Source: Bdellovibrionota bacterium
GTDB taxonomy: Bacteria; Bdellovibrionota_C; UBA2361; JAAYZI01
Length of the DNA: 64,000 bases
Assembly (NCBI GenBank): GCA_050950765.1
Contig: JBMNIF010000001.1
Span: 140-64,139, forward strand
Direction: 5' to 3'
Positions 33,040 through 42,679 of this stretch are shown in pieces (the first letter of the stretch is position 1; each line of letters begins with the position of its first letter). Below the pieces are notes generated by a model. It saw only the letters and a program-made list of their open reading frames with translations, was not told where the DNA came from and ran no database searches. Both the position numbers and the translations under genes were made by a program.

Positions 33040-33235
33040 GCTGAAGGTGGTGTCGTAGATATTTCTAAGAGCGCTTTTAAAAAACTTCTTCTTCTACACA
33101 GTGAAGAGAGATTATAATTTTGATTTTTTAGCGCAGACAGTTTTTTAAAAGCTTTTAGCTGGAGGTGGTGTCGTAGATATTTCTAAGAACGCTTTTAAAA
33201 AACTTCTTCTTATATTTCAAAGCCAAAAACTTCAA
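33040..33235. repeat. two ~70-bp direct repeats separated by ~45 bp
   Basis: Visible duplication downstream of folKP; the unit ttttaaaagcttttagctgaaggtggtgtcgtagatatttctaagagcgcttttaaaaaacttcttctt contains the TAAAAGCTTTTA palindrome. Confidence 0.75.
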
Positions 33236-33415
33236 AAAGTTCGGAAGTTAAGAATGGTGTGCTCTGTTTTAATATAGGTTTTGATATAGGTTTTTAATAT
33301 GGAAGGAGAGGAGGTTCACTTTAAATGGAGCCGACCTGTCTATTTTAACAATAGAACAAAGTCGGCTCCACGTAACGTCCTTTCCCGCTAGGTCCGTTAC
33401 TGTGTACGAATAACC

Positions 33416-33892
33416 TTAATTACGCACCGTGTCGCGCAGGACATATCCTTTGTAGTGCCGCTCGAAATCGGGGTCTCCGATACTTGTAATGATCGTAGCT
33501 TCTACTGTCGGATCGTCAAAGAGCGCAGCAAGTTTGCGCGGTAACTCCATCAGAGGCTTCGCTTGGAAATGGCGATACTCCTCATTAGAGTTGTAATCTT
33601 TCCACTCTCCTACGATAGAGTGCAACTTTGCGTACGCCGATTTCAGATCTTCAAGTGAAGAGCTTTCGATCAATTTAACCGCTTCTTCGAACAATGAAGG
33701 CTCTTCTTTTCCTCTGCCGTATATAACTAACGCTATTGCCAGAGGATCTAGAGGCTCTTTGCCTTCATAGTTTTGATGGATCGTTTCGAGTTTATAGTCG
33801 CCTTTTAAACGATTTGTCAGAAGATTTTTGGTAGGAAAGGGCCCCATGGACCAAGTCTTCTTGCCCTGCGGTCCTTCTGTGTCTTTGCTCAT
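33416..33892 (-). CDS. small hypothetical protein, paralog family member C
   Basis: 158 aa; shares blocks with the 34974-35453 ORF (LAIAL..GR..EEP; RKLAALFDDP vs HKLAAFYKDP; ERHY vs ERYRY). Confidence 0.55.
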   Translation of the reverse strand: MSKDTEGPQGKKTWSMGPFPTKNLLTNRLKGDYKLETIHQNYEGKEPLDPLAIALVIYGRGKEEPSLFEEAVKLIESSSLEDLKSAYAKLHSIVGEWKDYNSNEEYRHFQAKPLMELPRKLAALFDDPTVEATIITSIGDPDFERHYKGYVLRDTVRN

Positions 33893-33939
33893 ATCTGTTC
33901 TCCTATATGGCGAGGTGAAAATAAAAGCCGGAGAATACC

Positions 33940-34377
33940 TTAAGAGGTATTCTTCACATTAAGAGCCGCATTAAGACGGCGTCGAATGGTAACACCCTTT
34001 TGCAGCCAGCGGTAATGAGCAACTAGTGCTTGGTAGCACCTTGCCTGCTCTTCTTCCGATAATTCTGCAAGAATTTGAGCCGCTTCGGCTCTTAATTTGC
34101 GTAATTGAGAGTTAGAGAACTCTTTTGTTATGCAAATAATAGCCATCGCCAGTAGCGAAGAGTCAATTTCAGACGGTAAGATACCGTCTTCTACATATCT
34201 CCTTACGCTTTCCGGCAGGGGATATTTTCTCCGTAGTCGAGCGTAATACTCTGCGGTTCTTAAATCGTCTTCTAAGCGATCGCCTCTTGTCTTTCTAGGG
34301 ACGACAAGCCTCAACAGGATAATGTAAGACCCCCGTATAAGCAAATACCATACAGTGGGTTGCCTTTTTTTGCGCAT
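33940..34377 (-). CDS. basic hypothetical protein
   Basis: 145-aa ORF, Arg/Lys-rich, lying between the paralog cassettes. Confidence 0.4.
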   Translation of the reverse strand: MRKKRQPTVWYLLIRGSYIILLRLVVPRKTRGDRLEDDLRTAEYYARLRRKYPLPESVRRYVEDGILPSEIDSSLLAMAIICITKEFSNSQLRKLRAEAAQILAELSEEEQARCYQALVAHYRWLQKGVTIRRRLNAALNVKNTS

Positions 34378-34479
34378 ACTTAATTCCTCATTATATGCGA
34401 TGTTAATAAAACGGATAATTGGAAAAAAAGCCTAAACGGCATTCTCTCCAAACTAAAACCTCATAATGATATCGTCCTC

Positions 34480-34660
34480 TCGGATGGTATCGCGAGGAGA
34501 ACAGAGAAAAACCTTTATATTAAAGTGAACTTCCCCGTCCTGATCAGTTTTACTCATCAGGACAGGTAAGTTATCTCTTCTTCTGATAAAAAATATTTTT
34601 AAAGATCGGTCTAATTGTATACAACGATTGTACACGATAACTTTTGTGTTAATCAAATTG
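34480..34660 (-). promoter_or_regulatory. conserved structured 5' leader element (copy 2) with a promoter-like TTGATT-N18-TACAAT and a 10-bp stem hairpin
   Basis: About 85% identical to 35560-35724; hairpin ctgtcctgat/atcaggacgg. Confidence 0.45.
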
Positions 34661-34973
34661 TGTATTTTAGTCCTTATAACCGTAGCTTTTACTGTCCGCA
34701 ATCGCTTCAAGTAAAAACAGTAAAATATTACACTTATTTTGATTGTTTCCCTTAGAGGTGATGATTTAAGCGCGATACTTTTTTGCGTCTTCTTTTTTTT
34801 GAAATGGATGGGAGGGAGGTTCGCTTTAAATTAAGCGCCGATTCTGCTTTGGAAAACAGAGTCGGCGCTTATTAAACCGTATTACACCAAAAGCATTGCG
34901 CTAATAGTGTGCAACCTCAATCTCCCTAGCGAATCCCGCAAAGCCTGCAAAGGAATCTCCAAAGTCTCACTGT

Positions 34974-35453
34974 TCAAGGCGTCTTAGGCTTAGGGATATA
35001 CCTATACCGTTCAACCCTTTCCGTAAAATATTGATCGTCGACACCATTGACGATCTCATTTATCAGTTGCGGATCTTTGTAGAACGCGGCAAGTTTGTGT
35101 GGCATTAGCACCAGATTCTTCGAGTATGCATGATATGGGTTTTGCGGGTTATAAGCGCTCCAATTTGTGACACAACCCACAATTATAGCCACGCACGTCG
35201 ACACCGCCTCTTCTTTCGAGTGACGTTCGAGCATACTACACGCTTGTTTGTGCAGTGGATCATCGTGTTCTGCCATGACAAGCGCAGCTAACGCCAGTCC
35301 TAGAGAGTCGATTTTTTCCGGTCTAGAGTTGCGTTTGAGAAATCCCACAGCAGGATCCTCTGAGTTACCAGTGGGATAGTGTCCTATGGTTTTCCACGCC
35401 TGGTATCCGGTGTTGGCGTTCGTGGGCGTTTCGCCCGTTTTTCCCGTGTCCAT
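34974..35453 (-). CDS. small hypothetical protein, paralog family member A
   Basis: 159 aa; paralogous to 33416-33892; an aggag RBS lies upstream. Confidence 0.55.
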   Translation of the reverse strand: MDTGKTGETPTNANTGYQAWKTIGHYPTGNSEDPAVGFLKRNSRPEKIDSLGLALAALVMAEHDDPLHKQACSMLERHSKEEAVSTCVAIIVGCVTNWSAYNPQNPYHAYSKNLVLMPHKLAAFYKDPQLINEIVNGVDDQYFTERVERYRYIPKPKTP

Positions 35454-35559
35454 ATTATAGTCTCCTATATGGCATTGTGAAAATGAAGTAGAAACTAGAG
35501 AAAAACCTAATAGGCATCCTCTAAACTAAAAACCTCACAAAAATATTGCGAGGGGGGAT

Positions 35560-35724
35560 AGAGGACACTTTGATAAAAGAAACCCTTATATTTAAAGTGA
35601 ACTTCCCTGTCCCGATCAGCTTTACTCATCAGGGCAGGTAAGTTATCTCTTCTTCCGATTAAGTAATATTTTTAAAGATCGATACCATTCTATTAATTGT
35701 ATACTATTACTTTTGTTATTCAAA
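35560..35724 (-). promoter_or_regulatory. conserved structured 5' leader element (copy 1) with a near-consensus sigma-70 promoter TTGAAT-N16-TACAAT and a hairpin (ctgccctgat/atcgggacag)
   Basis: Minus-strand reading of 35697-35724 gives ttgaataacaaaagtaatagtatacaat; the hairpin and ~150 nt of flanking sequence are conserved with copy 2. Confidence 0.45.
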
Positions 35725-35805
35725 TTAAAAACGGCGCTCACCTACTTTTTTACATAAAAACGGAAAGGAGTTCCAAAAAAGAGCTTTTTATGAGATGCTT
35801 GGAGG

Positions 35806-37158
35806 ATGGAAAATATTAGAAATAAAAAGAATATTAGTATATTAGCCCTCTTTCTAGTCTCTATAAGTGTAGCTCTAGCTGCCTGCAATCTTTTTAAGCA
35901 AAAACAACGAAATGTTATAGTTATCTTAATTGATACCCTTAGAGCTGATCATTTGAGCATGAACGGCTACCAAAGAGAGACCTCTCCTGTAATTGATAAT
36001 TTTGCTGCGGAAAATCTGAATTTTAAGTGGGCGCTAGCACCTGCACCGTGGACACCTGCTTCGGTTGCCTCTCTCTTTACGGGGCTTTACCCTTCAGCGC
36101 ACGGGATGGTTCCACCTAATAGCCGCGATACTGCTATAAAACACTCGGTCAGGTTGCCATCTAAGTGGCAAACTATGGCGGAAACCTTTAAAAATAACGG
36201 TTATTATACAGCGGCGTTCTCTTCAAATCCGTGGATTCAAGAACTATTCGGTTTTACACAAGGCTTTGATCTCTTCGGCTATAAGGAGCGTGCAGAAGCT
36301 GCGGTATTGACGGCTAAGGCTAAAGAGATCGTTCAGAAATGGCGTGAGACAGAAAAAGAAAAACCACTTTTTATGTATCTGCACTATCTAGATCCGCACA
36401 ATCCGTACTCTCCGCCTGCTCCTTATAATACTAAGTTTTCCGGCACCGTAGAGGGACGGGTATATCCTAAAAAACAGCAGGAGTTTATCAATCAGTACGA
36501 TGGAGAAATTCTCTATACAGATACTGAAATAGGAAAACTTTTCTCGTTTTTGAAGGAAGAGGGCATATACGATGATGCCGTTATTATACTGCTCTCAGAT
36601 CACGGGGAACAATTTATGGAGCGAGGTCATCAGGGGCACGGTTTTGATCTCTATAATGAAGAGGTGCATGTGCCGCTAATCGTAAAAGCTAACGGTAAAA
36701 AGGGGACTGTCTCCGATTTTGTTAGTGCAATTGATATTTTTCCGACCATCATAGAGCTTCTTAAATTAAAAGATCCGCCTCCGTTTTTACAAGGCATCTC
36801 TCTTTTTAATTCAAAAGAGCTTTCAAAACGTGCAGGTGTTCTGTCTGAAATAAAACGTTTAAAAAATCAGAAAAGTCTAACCTTTAAAGATGGGAAAAAG
36901 GCTATCTTTGAATTTTCGATTGATGAGCCTTATCGAATGGATCTGCCACTACCGCACTCAAAGCAATTGATGTTTGATATATTTAATGATCCTATGGAAA
37001 GTTCTCCTTTATCAGATCCTACTTTAGCAGAAGAGAGAAAGGGGTCGTTCCTTGAAATTTATAAAGGTGTGCTTTCCTCTAAAGCTGATGAGAAGGATAG
37101 TCAGATTAAGATGGATGATAAAACAATTAAAGAGCTTAAGACTTTGGGGTATATGTAA
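35806..37158 (+). CDS. sulfatase (alkaline-phosphatase superfamily)
   Basis: VIVILIDTLRADHL metal-binding start, a signal peptide, and the LLSDHGEQFMERGHQGHG segment typical of sulfatase and phosphoglycerol-transferase-like enzymes. Confidence 0.75.
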   Translation: MENIRNKKNISILALFLVSISVALAACNLFKQKQRNVIVILIDTLRADHLSMNGYQRETSPVIDNFAAENLNFKWALAPAPWTPASVASLFTGLYPSAHGMVPPNSRDTAIKHSVRLPSKWQTMAETFKNNGYYTAAFSSNPWIQELFGFTQGFDLFGYKERAEAAVLTAKAKEIVQKWRETEKEKPLFMYLHYLDPHNPYSPPAPYNTKFSGTVEGRVYPKKQQEFINQYDGEILYTDTEIGKLFSFLKEEGIYDDAVIILLSDHGEQFMERGHQGHGFDLYNEEVHVPLIVKANGKKGTVSDFVSAIDIFPTIIELLKLKDPPPFLQGISLFNSKELSKRAGVLSEIKRLKNQKSLTFKDGKKAIFEFSIDEPYRMDLPLPHSKQLMFDIFNDPMESSPLSDPTLAEERKGSFLEIYKGVLSSKADEKDSQIKMDDKTIKELKTLGYM

Positions 37159-37278
37159 AGGACACATTGAAAGGGTGTCTTTATTTAATGTTAGAAGTAT
37201 TCTTTAGTTACGGCGTGGGCGCAGCAAAAGGTATAGTATCAAAATCATAAAGAGAAGAATCGACTAAGATAAAAGATT

Positions 37279-37986
37279 ATGGATCAGATCCCTTTAAAGA
37301 TAATTCCGCGTCTACCGTACTCGGCAGATGCTTTTATCGTACATCAAGGCGTGCGTGAGATTTATGATTTCTGTTGTAGTCAGATGCTAACGGAGTCTTT
37401 TAGAATCTGCGTAGCGTATGGTGCAGCGCAGAGCGGAAAAACGCACCTATCTATTAAATTGGCTACCGATCTTGAACGTAAAGGAGCGCTCGTGCGCTTG
37501 GTTGATGGCGATTCATTACAGGACTTTTTAGTGAAACAGGGAGTTGGTGCGAAGTATCGTTCAGAAACTGTGATTATTGTTGATGATGCTGATAAATATC
37601 TGGCAACGTTAAGTTCTGATAGGTCAGGTGAGTTTGTAAATCTGGTCGAGGCGTTACGTCGTTCGCAGGCGGGGCTATTACTACTAACGGGGCAGCAGGT
37701 TTCTGATTTTGCAATAGATGATCATGTGCGTAGTCGTTTACGACCAGGTGAGGGATTTCTACTCTCAAGCCCTGATGATGCACAGTTAAATGAATTGATT
37801 TTTACAATGGCAAAGCAGCGTGGGATAATCTTAACTCCGAAAAAGGTGGCATACCTTGCAAAACGTCTCGGACGTGAGGTGCCGAGTCTAGCAAAAGCCC
37901 TTAATGCGCTTCTTGTAAAAAGTAGAGAAGGTGCAGATGTTGATTCCTTTGAGGTTTTAGCTTCAATTTCATCCGCCGATTATTAA
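37279..37986 (+). CDS. Hda/DnaA-related AAA+ protein
   Basis: Walker A GAAQSGKTHL, Walker B IIVDDAD, size (235 aa) and arrangement like Hda. Confidence 0.5.
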   Translation: MDQIPLKIIPRLPYSADAFIVHQGVREIYDFCCSQMLTESFRICVAYGAAQSGKTHLSIKLATDLERKGALVRLVDGDSLQDFLVKQGVGAKYRSETVIIVDDADKYLATLSSDRSGEFVNLVEALRRSQAGLLLLTGQQVSDFAIDDHVRSRLRPGEGFLLSSPDDAQLNELIFTMAKQRGIILTPKKVAYLAKRLGREVPSLAKALNALLVKSREGADVDSFEVLASISSADY

Positions 37987-38115
37987 ATTAAATTTTATCG
38001 TAAGAAGATCATTACTAATCTTTTAAGTACATTCCGAGAAAAAACACTTAGGGCATCTTCTTTATTATAAATATATAGCCGTATCGATTATAAGGGGAAA
38101 CGAATAATCAATCTT

Positions 38116-38880
38116 CTAAAGGATATCAATTAAACACCTCTCCGCATAAAGAATAGTTGGAGATCCTAGTAGGTCTGTTAAGCCGATAATTCCAAAGAAC
38201 CCTTCTAAACATCTTGAAAGTCGAGCACAACGAATCATGCGGTGAAACGCCATCGGCAGGAAGAACTGCTTTTTTTCTGCTATGACTTCGAAGTGAGTCG
38301 ATTTGAGACAGTCCTGTATCTCTGATGGAGAAAAGCGCAGGAAAGTTCTGGTTCCCTCTCCCTCTACTGTTTTCTTCAGTGAAAAAAGGATCGGATAAAA
38401 GATGTTAAAACTTGATTTCGGCGGATAGTCAATGACGATAGATTGCTTGGAGACACGACACATCTCAAGTAGTAACTTCTGCCAATCTTGAATGTGTGAA
38501 ATTAAACGGATCGCTACCACAGAATCGAAACTCTTATCTTCAAACGGTAGATCAAACATCGAAGAATCAAAGAGGTGTAAGGTATCGGGGTATTCTTTTT
38601 TTAATCCGTTAAGTCTGGTCAAGCTGATAGGATCAGTAGCATGAACCCAAACATCGCAACCAGCTTTAAGAAAAATGCGTGTTAACTGCGCATGCGCTCC
38701 ACCGATCTCTAAGATGCGTTTCCCTTTAAGGTCTTTTAATAGAGAGAGGATGGTTTTTTCCTGTACGTCGAGAAAAAATTTTCCAGTCTCTCCAGAGAAA
38801 CGGGCTGCGTAAGTGTCTGAGGCGGTAAATGTATCAGGCGCAGACGGATCAAAAAACGGTTCTTCTTTCTTTTTTGTCAT
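38116..38880 (-). CDS. class I SAM-dependent methyltransferase
   Basis: Motif I ILEIGGAHAQLT and the FDSVVAIRLISHIQDW post-I/II motifs. Confidence 0.65.
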   Translation of the reverse strand: MTKKKEEPFFDPSAPDTFTASDTYAARFSGETGKFFLDVQEKTILSLLKDLKGKRILEIGGAHAQLTRIFLKAGCDVWVHATDPISLTRLNGLKKEYPDTLHLFDSSMFDLPFEDKSFDSVVAIRLISHIQDWQKLLLEMCRVSKQSIVIDYPPKSSFNIFYPILFSLKKTVEGEGTRTFLRFSPSEIQDCLKSTHFEVIAEKKQFFLPMAFHRMIRCARLSRCLEGFFGIIGLTDLLGSPTILYAERCLIDIL

Positions 38881-39154
38881 GGGGCAGACCTTTTAAATAC
38901 TTAAACTTAAAATAATACCTCAGACTCCTGCTAAAGGGATATGCCTTTAAACTTAAACAGCAAAGGATATGCTATGTTTAACTTTCATTCAAGCTTACGC
39001 CGCAAGTCTTGTTGTTTCTAAAAAATGGTTGTATCGTTTGCTCAATATGTAGCTAATGTGATGTTAATTGTTTAATATAAACAATAAGTTACCAATCAGC
39101 ACAAATTTCCTATGAGTAATCCTGAGTGCATAAAAATTTAAGAGGAAGGTCTAT

Positions 39155-40672
39155 ATGAAGCTATCTCGTTTTATATTTACGTGTGTTTTGGTGTCTTCTT
39201 TTGCCGGTTGTTCAATGGGGCCGGATTATCAAAGGAAAGAATTAAATTTACCAGAGGTTTATAACTCTAAAACAGCGCAGGACGATGCTTCCATTGCAAA
39301 TATTAAGTGGTGGGAGCTTTTTGAAGATAAAAAACTCGTTGAGTTGATTAATATCGCTCTGAAAGAGAATAAAGATGCAGAGATGGCGTTAGCTGCTATC
39401 TCAGAGGCGCGCGCGCTACTCGGTGTCACCAGAGCTAATCAGTTTCCGCAGCTCGGATATTCCGGCGGTTTTAATCGTTACGGATTAAGTGAAAAAACAT
39501 TTTCATACATGGCGCCGTATAATGATTTTGGTGCTTTTACAAACCTGATCTTTGAAGTTGATCTGTGGGGGAGGTTGCGTCGTGCTACGGAAGCTCAAAG
39601 AGCACAGCTCTTAGCAACGGAGTATAGCTATCAAGCGTTAACTATTACATTAGTTGCGGAAGTGGCAAAAACTTATATGTCGTTAGTTGATCTCGATAGC
39701 CGTGTAAAAATTGCGGAACGCACATTAAAGAATAGGCGTGATGCCACTAAGTTAATCCGTTCTCGTTTTCAAGGTGGTGTCGTACCTGAACTCGATGTCA
39801 ATCAAGCTGAAATTGAGGAAGGTGATGCTGAAGTGATGTTAGCAGGGTTGAAGATGCAGAGAGGCCTCGTTCAGAATGCGTTAAGTGTATTACTCGGGCG
39901 CTTCCCATATCAGATAGATCGCAGCACTTCGTTAGATAAAAGTGTCTCAGTTGAAAACATCCCTTCTGGAGTACCGGCGGATCTCTTGTGGCGTCGTCCG
40001 GATATTTTAGCGTCTGAACAGGCGTTGCACGCACAAACCGCTTTAATCGGGGTTGCAAAAGCTAGCCGTTTGCCTGTAATCGGGCTTAACGGAATTATCG
40101 GTTTGCAGGCTAATAAGGGCGATAAATGGCTTAATAAAAATGCAAGGATGTGGAATATAGCGGCTAACTTTAGTGGCCCGTTATTTGATTTTGGGAAGAG
40201 TAGATCTCAAGTAGAAGCAGCAGAAGCACGTACAGAGCAGGCCTTGAAGAGCTTCGAACAAACAGTCTTACTGGCGGTGCAAGAGGTTGATGATGCACTT
40301 GTTTCAATTGTTGGATATAAAGCCGAGTATGAAGCGTGGAAGAGACAACTTAAGGCGGCACGTAATGCGTCACGTCTAGCACGTGCACGTTATAATGATG
40401 GTGTTACACCGTATCTGGAAGTTCTGGATGTTGAACGCTCTCTCTTTCAAGCTGAGTTGGGAGGGTCTTATGCAAGGAGATCTTATCTGAATGCTATCAT
40501 TCAACTTTATAAAGCCCTAGGTGGTGGTTGGTCCGTAGAGCAAGAGGGTGTCGTTGAAAAAAACGATCAAGCAGAAAAAATTGTTCAAGGTGATCAAGGA
40601 GAGGGTAAAGAAGTTAAAGCCTCCTCCGTTGATAAAGAGCAAGGAGAGGCTAAAGAAGAAACTAAAGAGTAA
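39155..40672 (+). CDS. outer-membrane efflux lipoprotein (TolC / NodT family OMF)
   Basis: Lipobox FAGCS, PDYQRKELNLPEVY right after the Cys (NodT hallmark), two tandem OEP repeats, Gln/Glu-rich C-terminal tail. Confidence 0.75.
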   Translation: MKLSRFIFTCVLVSSFAGCSMGPDYQRKELNLPEVYNSKTAQDDASIANIKWWELFEDKKLVELINIALKENKDAEMALAAISEARALLGVTRANQFPQLGYSGGFNRYGLSEKTFSYMAPYNDFGAFTNLIFEVDLWGRLRRATEAQRAQLLATEYSYQALTITLVAEVAKTYMSLVDLDSRVKIAERTLKNRRDATKLIRSRFQGGVVPELDVNQAEIEEGDAEVMLAGLKMQRGLVQNALSVLLGRFPYQIDRSTSLDKSVSVENIPSGVPADLLWRRPDILASEQALHAQTALIGVAKASRLPVIGLNGIIGLQANKGDKWLNKNARMWNIAANFSGPLFDFGKSRSQVEAAEARTEQALKSFEQTVLLAVQEVDDALVSIVGYKAEYEAWKRQLKAARNASRLARARYNDGVTPYLEVLDVERSLFQAELGGSYARRSYLNAIIQLYKALGGGWSVEQEGVVEKNDQAEKIVQGDQGEGKEVKASSVDKEQGEAKEETKE

Positions 40673-40689
40673 TTAAACCCTTTACGAAA

Positions 40690-40880
40690 AGATTTACGAA
40701 AAGAGGTTTAAAGCGATAAGGGGAGAGGTGAGCACAATCGGACTGTGCATGTTTGGAAAAATGGCTAAAACCTTTTTTACGAAAAGAGGTTTAAAGAAAG
40801 AAGGGGAGAGGTGAGCGCGGTTGAACTGTGCATGTTTGGAAAAATGGTTAAAACCCTTTTACGAAAAGAGGTTTAAAGCC
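40690..40880. repeat. about 2.5 tandem copies of a ~75-bp unit (ttttacgaaaagaggtttaaag...ggggagaggtgagcrc.rtyg.actgtgcatgtttggaaaaatggytaaaacc)
   Basis: Direct repetition visible between two convergent genes. Confidence 0.8.
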
Positions 40881-41814
40881 CAAATATATCACGTGTGGCG
40901 TTGTAGTCAGGACGTGGTAGATGCCACATCCAATGGGATCCTTTTTGTCTAACTCGCACGACATCAACGTAAAGTGTTTCAAGTGCGATATTCTTTTTTG
41001 TATTATCTTGTGGTGGTTTTAAAGCAGGGAAGGCGTGTCTAGCAGTGAGTTCAGCTGGATAATCCTTACCCTCTCTTAAAGCATCAATCCACTGAAAAGC
41101 AGCGCGCCACTTTGTAGCTGTATAATTTAATTCGATCTGATCGGTGTTAAGTTTACTTAAGCCGCAGGCAGCGCCAACAGCAGCGTGAACTCCAAACCCA
41201 AGAGATTGTAAAAGCATGGCGGAGACCTGATAAGGTTCACAACCAAAAAGTTCAAGCATCCCCTCGCTCGAGATCTTAATTGATTGACGTTGTAGTGCTA
41301 CATAATCTCTATAAGATTTAGGATCGTGTGCCATCAAGATCCCTAATCCCGCCATCTTCGAAAAGCCGACTAATGCGCCCCCTTCTGTTCCAAGCTCGTT
41401 GGAACGATTCCCGAAACAGTATCCGATGTGGATATCCGTCATCATATCTTCCAGTAATTTGCGCCACCCCGTTGGTGGTTTTGTAATAAGAATAGCTCTG
41501 ACTGTGGCGTTGATGGCTAGAACCAATCCGCTGAAGCGGATCCCGAGTAGGTCGATAGCTTTTTCAAGAAGTGGCAATGGAGGTGTCTCGCCACTTGTTC
41601 TAAGCTCTGCTGCCGTCAGGAGACAGGAGGCGTTAAGACCGGAGAAAGCCACCAATCTGATAAACTCGGTTATATCGATATTTCCGTTCCAAGCGCTACG
41701 AATAAGGTATAGTAGGCTGTTAGGCATCACCATCCTTTCTGCTACGATCTCTCGTGCCACATCCCACGTTGGGTCTTTTTGAGCGCTATCTTTTAATAAA
41801 GACTGTAAATCCAT
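40873..41814 (-). CDS. HDOD-like signalling domain protein
   Basis: 313 aa; helical pattern and placement of His/Asp residues resemble HDOD; weak. Confidence 0.35.
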   Translation of the reverse strand: MDLQSLLKDSAQKDPTWDVAREIVAERMVMPNSLLYLIRSAWNGNIDITEFIRLVAFSGLNASCLLTAAELRTSGETPPLPLLEKAIDLLGIRFSGLVLAINATVRAILITKPPTGWRKLLEDMMTDIHIGYCFGNRSNELGTEGGALVGFSKMAGLGILMAHDPKSYRDYVALQRQSIKISSEGMLELFGCEPYQVSAMLLQSLGFGVHAAVGAACGLSKLNTDQIELNYTATKWRAAFQWIDALREGKDYPAELTARHAFPALKPPQDNTKKNIALETLYVDVVRVRQKGSHWMWHLPRPDYNATRDIFGL

Positions 41815-42314
41815 AGGAAAAATTTATAAATCAGATGTTTAACAACGTCTCCGCATAACCGTTATGCAAAAAGCTTACTACCTAAAAGCACTACCTAAAA
41901 GAGCCTATGTGTCTTAGCGACACTTCTTCCATATTTCTTAACAGTTATTTTTATTCCTTGAAAAGGAGTAGTTTGACTTTTCTTGCCTAAATTGCTAATT
42001 TTCCGCATCGCCGTAATAGGCTGAAAATTTTTTGTTTATTTAATTATTTGAATATACAAAGAATTTTAAGAATGTAAGGGGGGTGGTTCTTATAGTGATC
42101 TGCGAAAAAAGCGGATGATTATAAGAACTGGTGTCCCTCTTGTGAAGAATGTAGGTTTTTTACCTTAGTTTGAGGTTGTGTTATAAGTATGCAGTTGAGT
42201 GGACGAGATTATGGCTGCATAATTTTCGGTTATATTTACTGAAGAGCCGCTAAGAAGAGGTGTTGATTAATCGGAAAGTAAATAATTAGTAAATAATTAG
42301 GAGAGCAATAGCAA

Positions 42315-42587
42315 ATGGCTTCTGGAGAGTTCGTTGGAAAACAAGAGTTGATAGCAAAACACGGTCGTAGTGAGGGTGATACAGGTTCACCTGAAGTTCA
42401 GATTGGTCTTTTGACAAAGCGTCTTGAGATATTGAGCGAGCATTTTAAAAAACATCCGCAAGATGTTCATAGTAGACGTGGCTTGTTAAAGATCGTTTCT
42501 CGCCGCAAAAAATTACTGACATATCTTAAAAATGAAGATATTGCACGTTATCGTGCGGCATTAGCAGAGTTTGGTTTGAGAAAGTAA
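42315..42587 (+). CDS. rpsO: 30S ribosomal protein S15
   Basis: GDTGSPEVQIGLLTKRLEILSEHFKKHPQDVHSRRGLLKIVSRRKKLLTYL, near-consensus S15. Confidence 0.95.
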   Translation: MASGEFVGKQELIAKHGRSEGDTGSPEVQIGLLTKRLEILSEHFKKHPQDVHSRRGLLKIVSRRKKLLTYLKNEDIARYRAALAEFGLRK

Positions 42588-42679
42588 GCGAATAACATAG
42601 CGCGTCCGTAAATCAATCGGATCGGGGTTATTGTGCGTAAAATGTAAGACCAATAGGCTCGATTCATTAGGAGAAAAAT

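Noticed and set aside
34453-34710. 85-aa minus-strand ORF
   Set aside because: It overlaps the conserved non-coding leader and hairpin element shared with 35560-35724. It has no RBS and its counterpart in the other copy is not open.
42588-42679. rpsO-pnp intergenic leader as a novel regulatory hairpin
   Set aside because: A structured pnp leader processed by RNase III is the established arrangement of this operon. The 92-bp spacer here is unremarkable.
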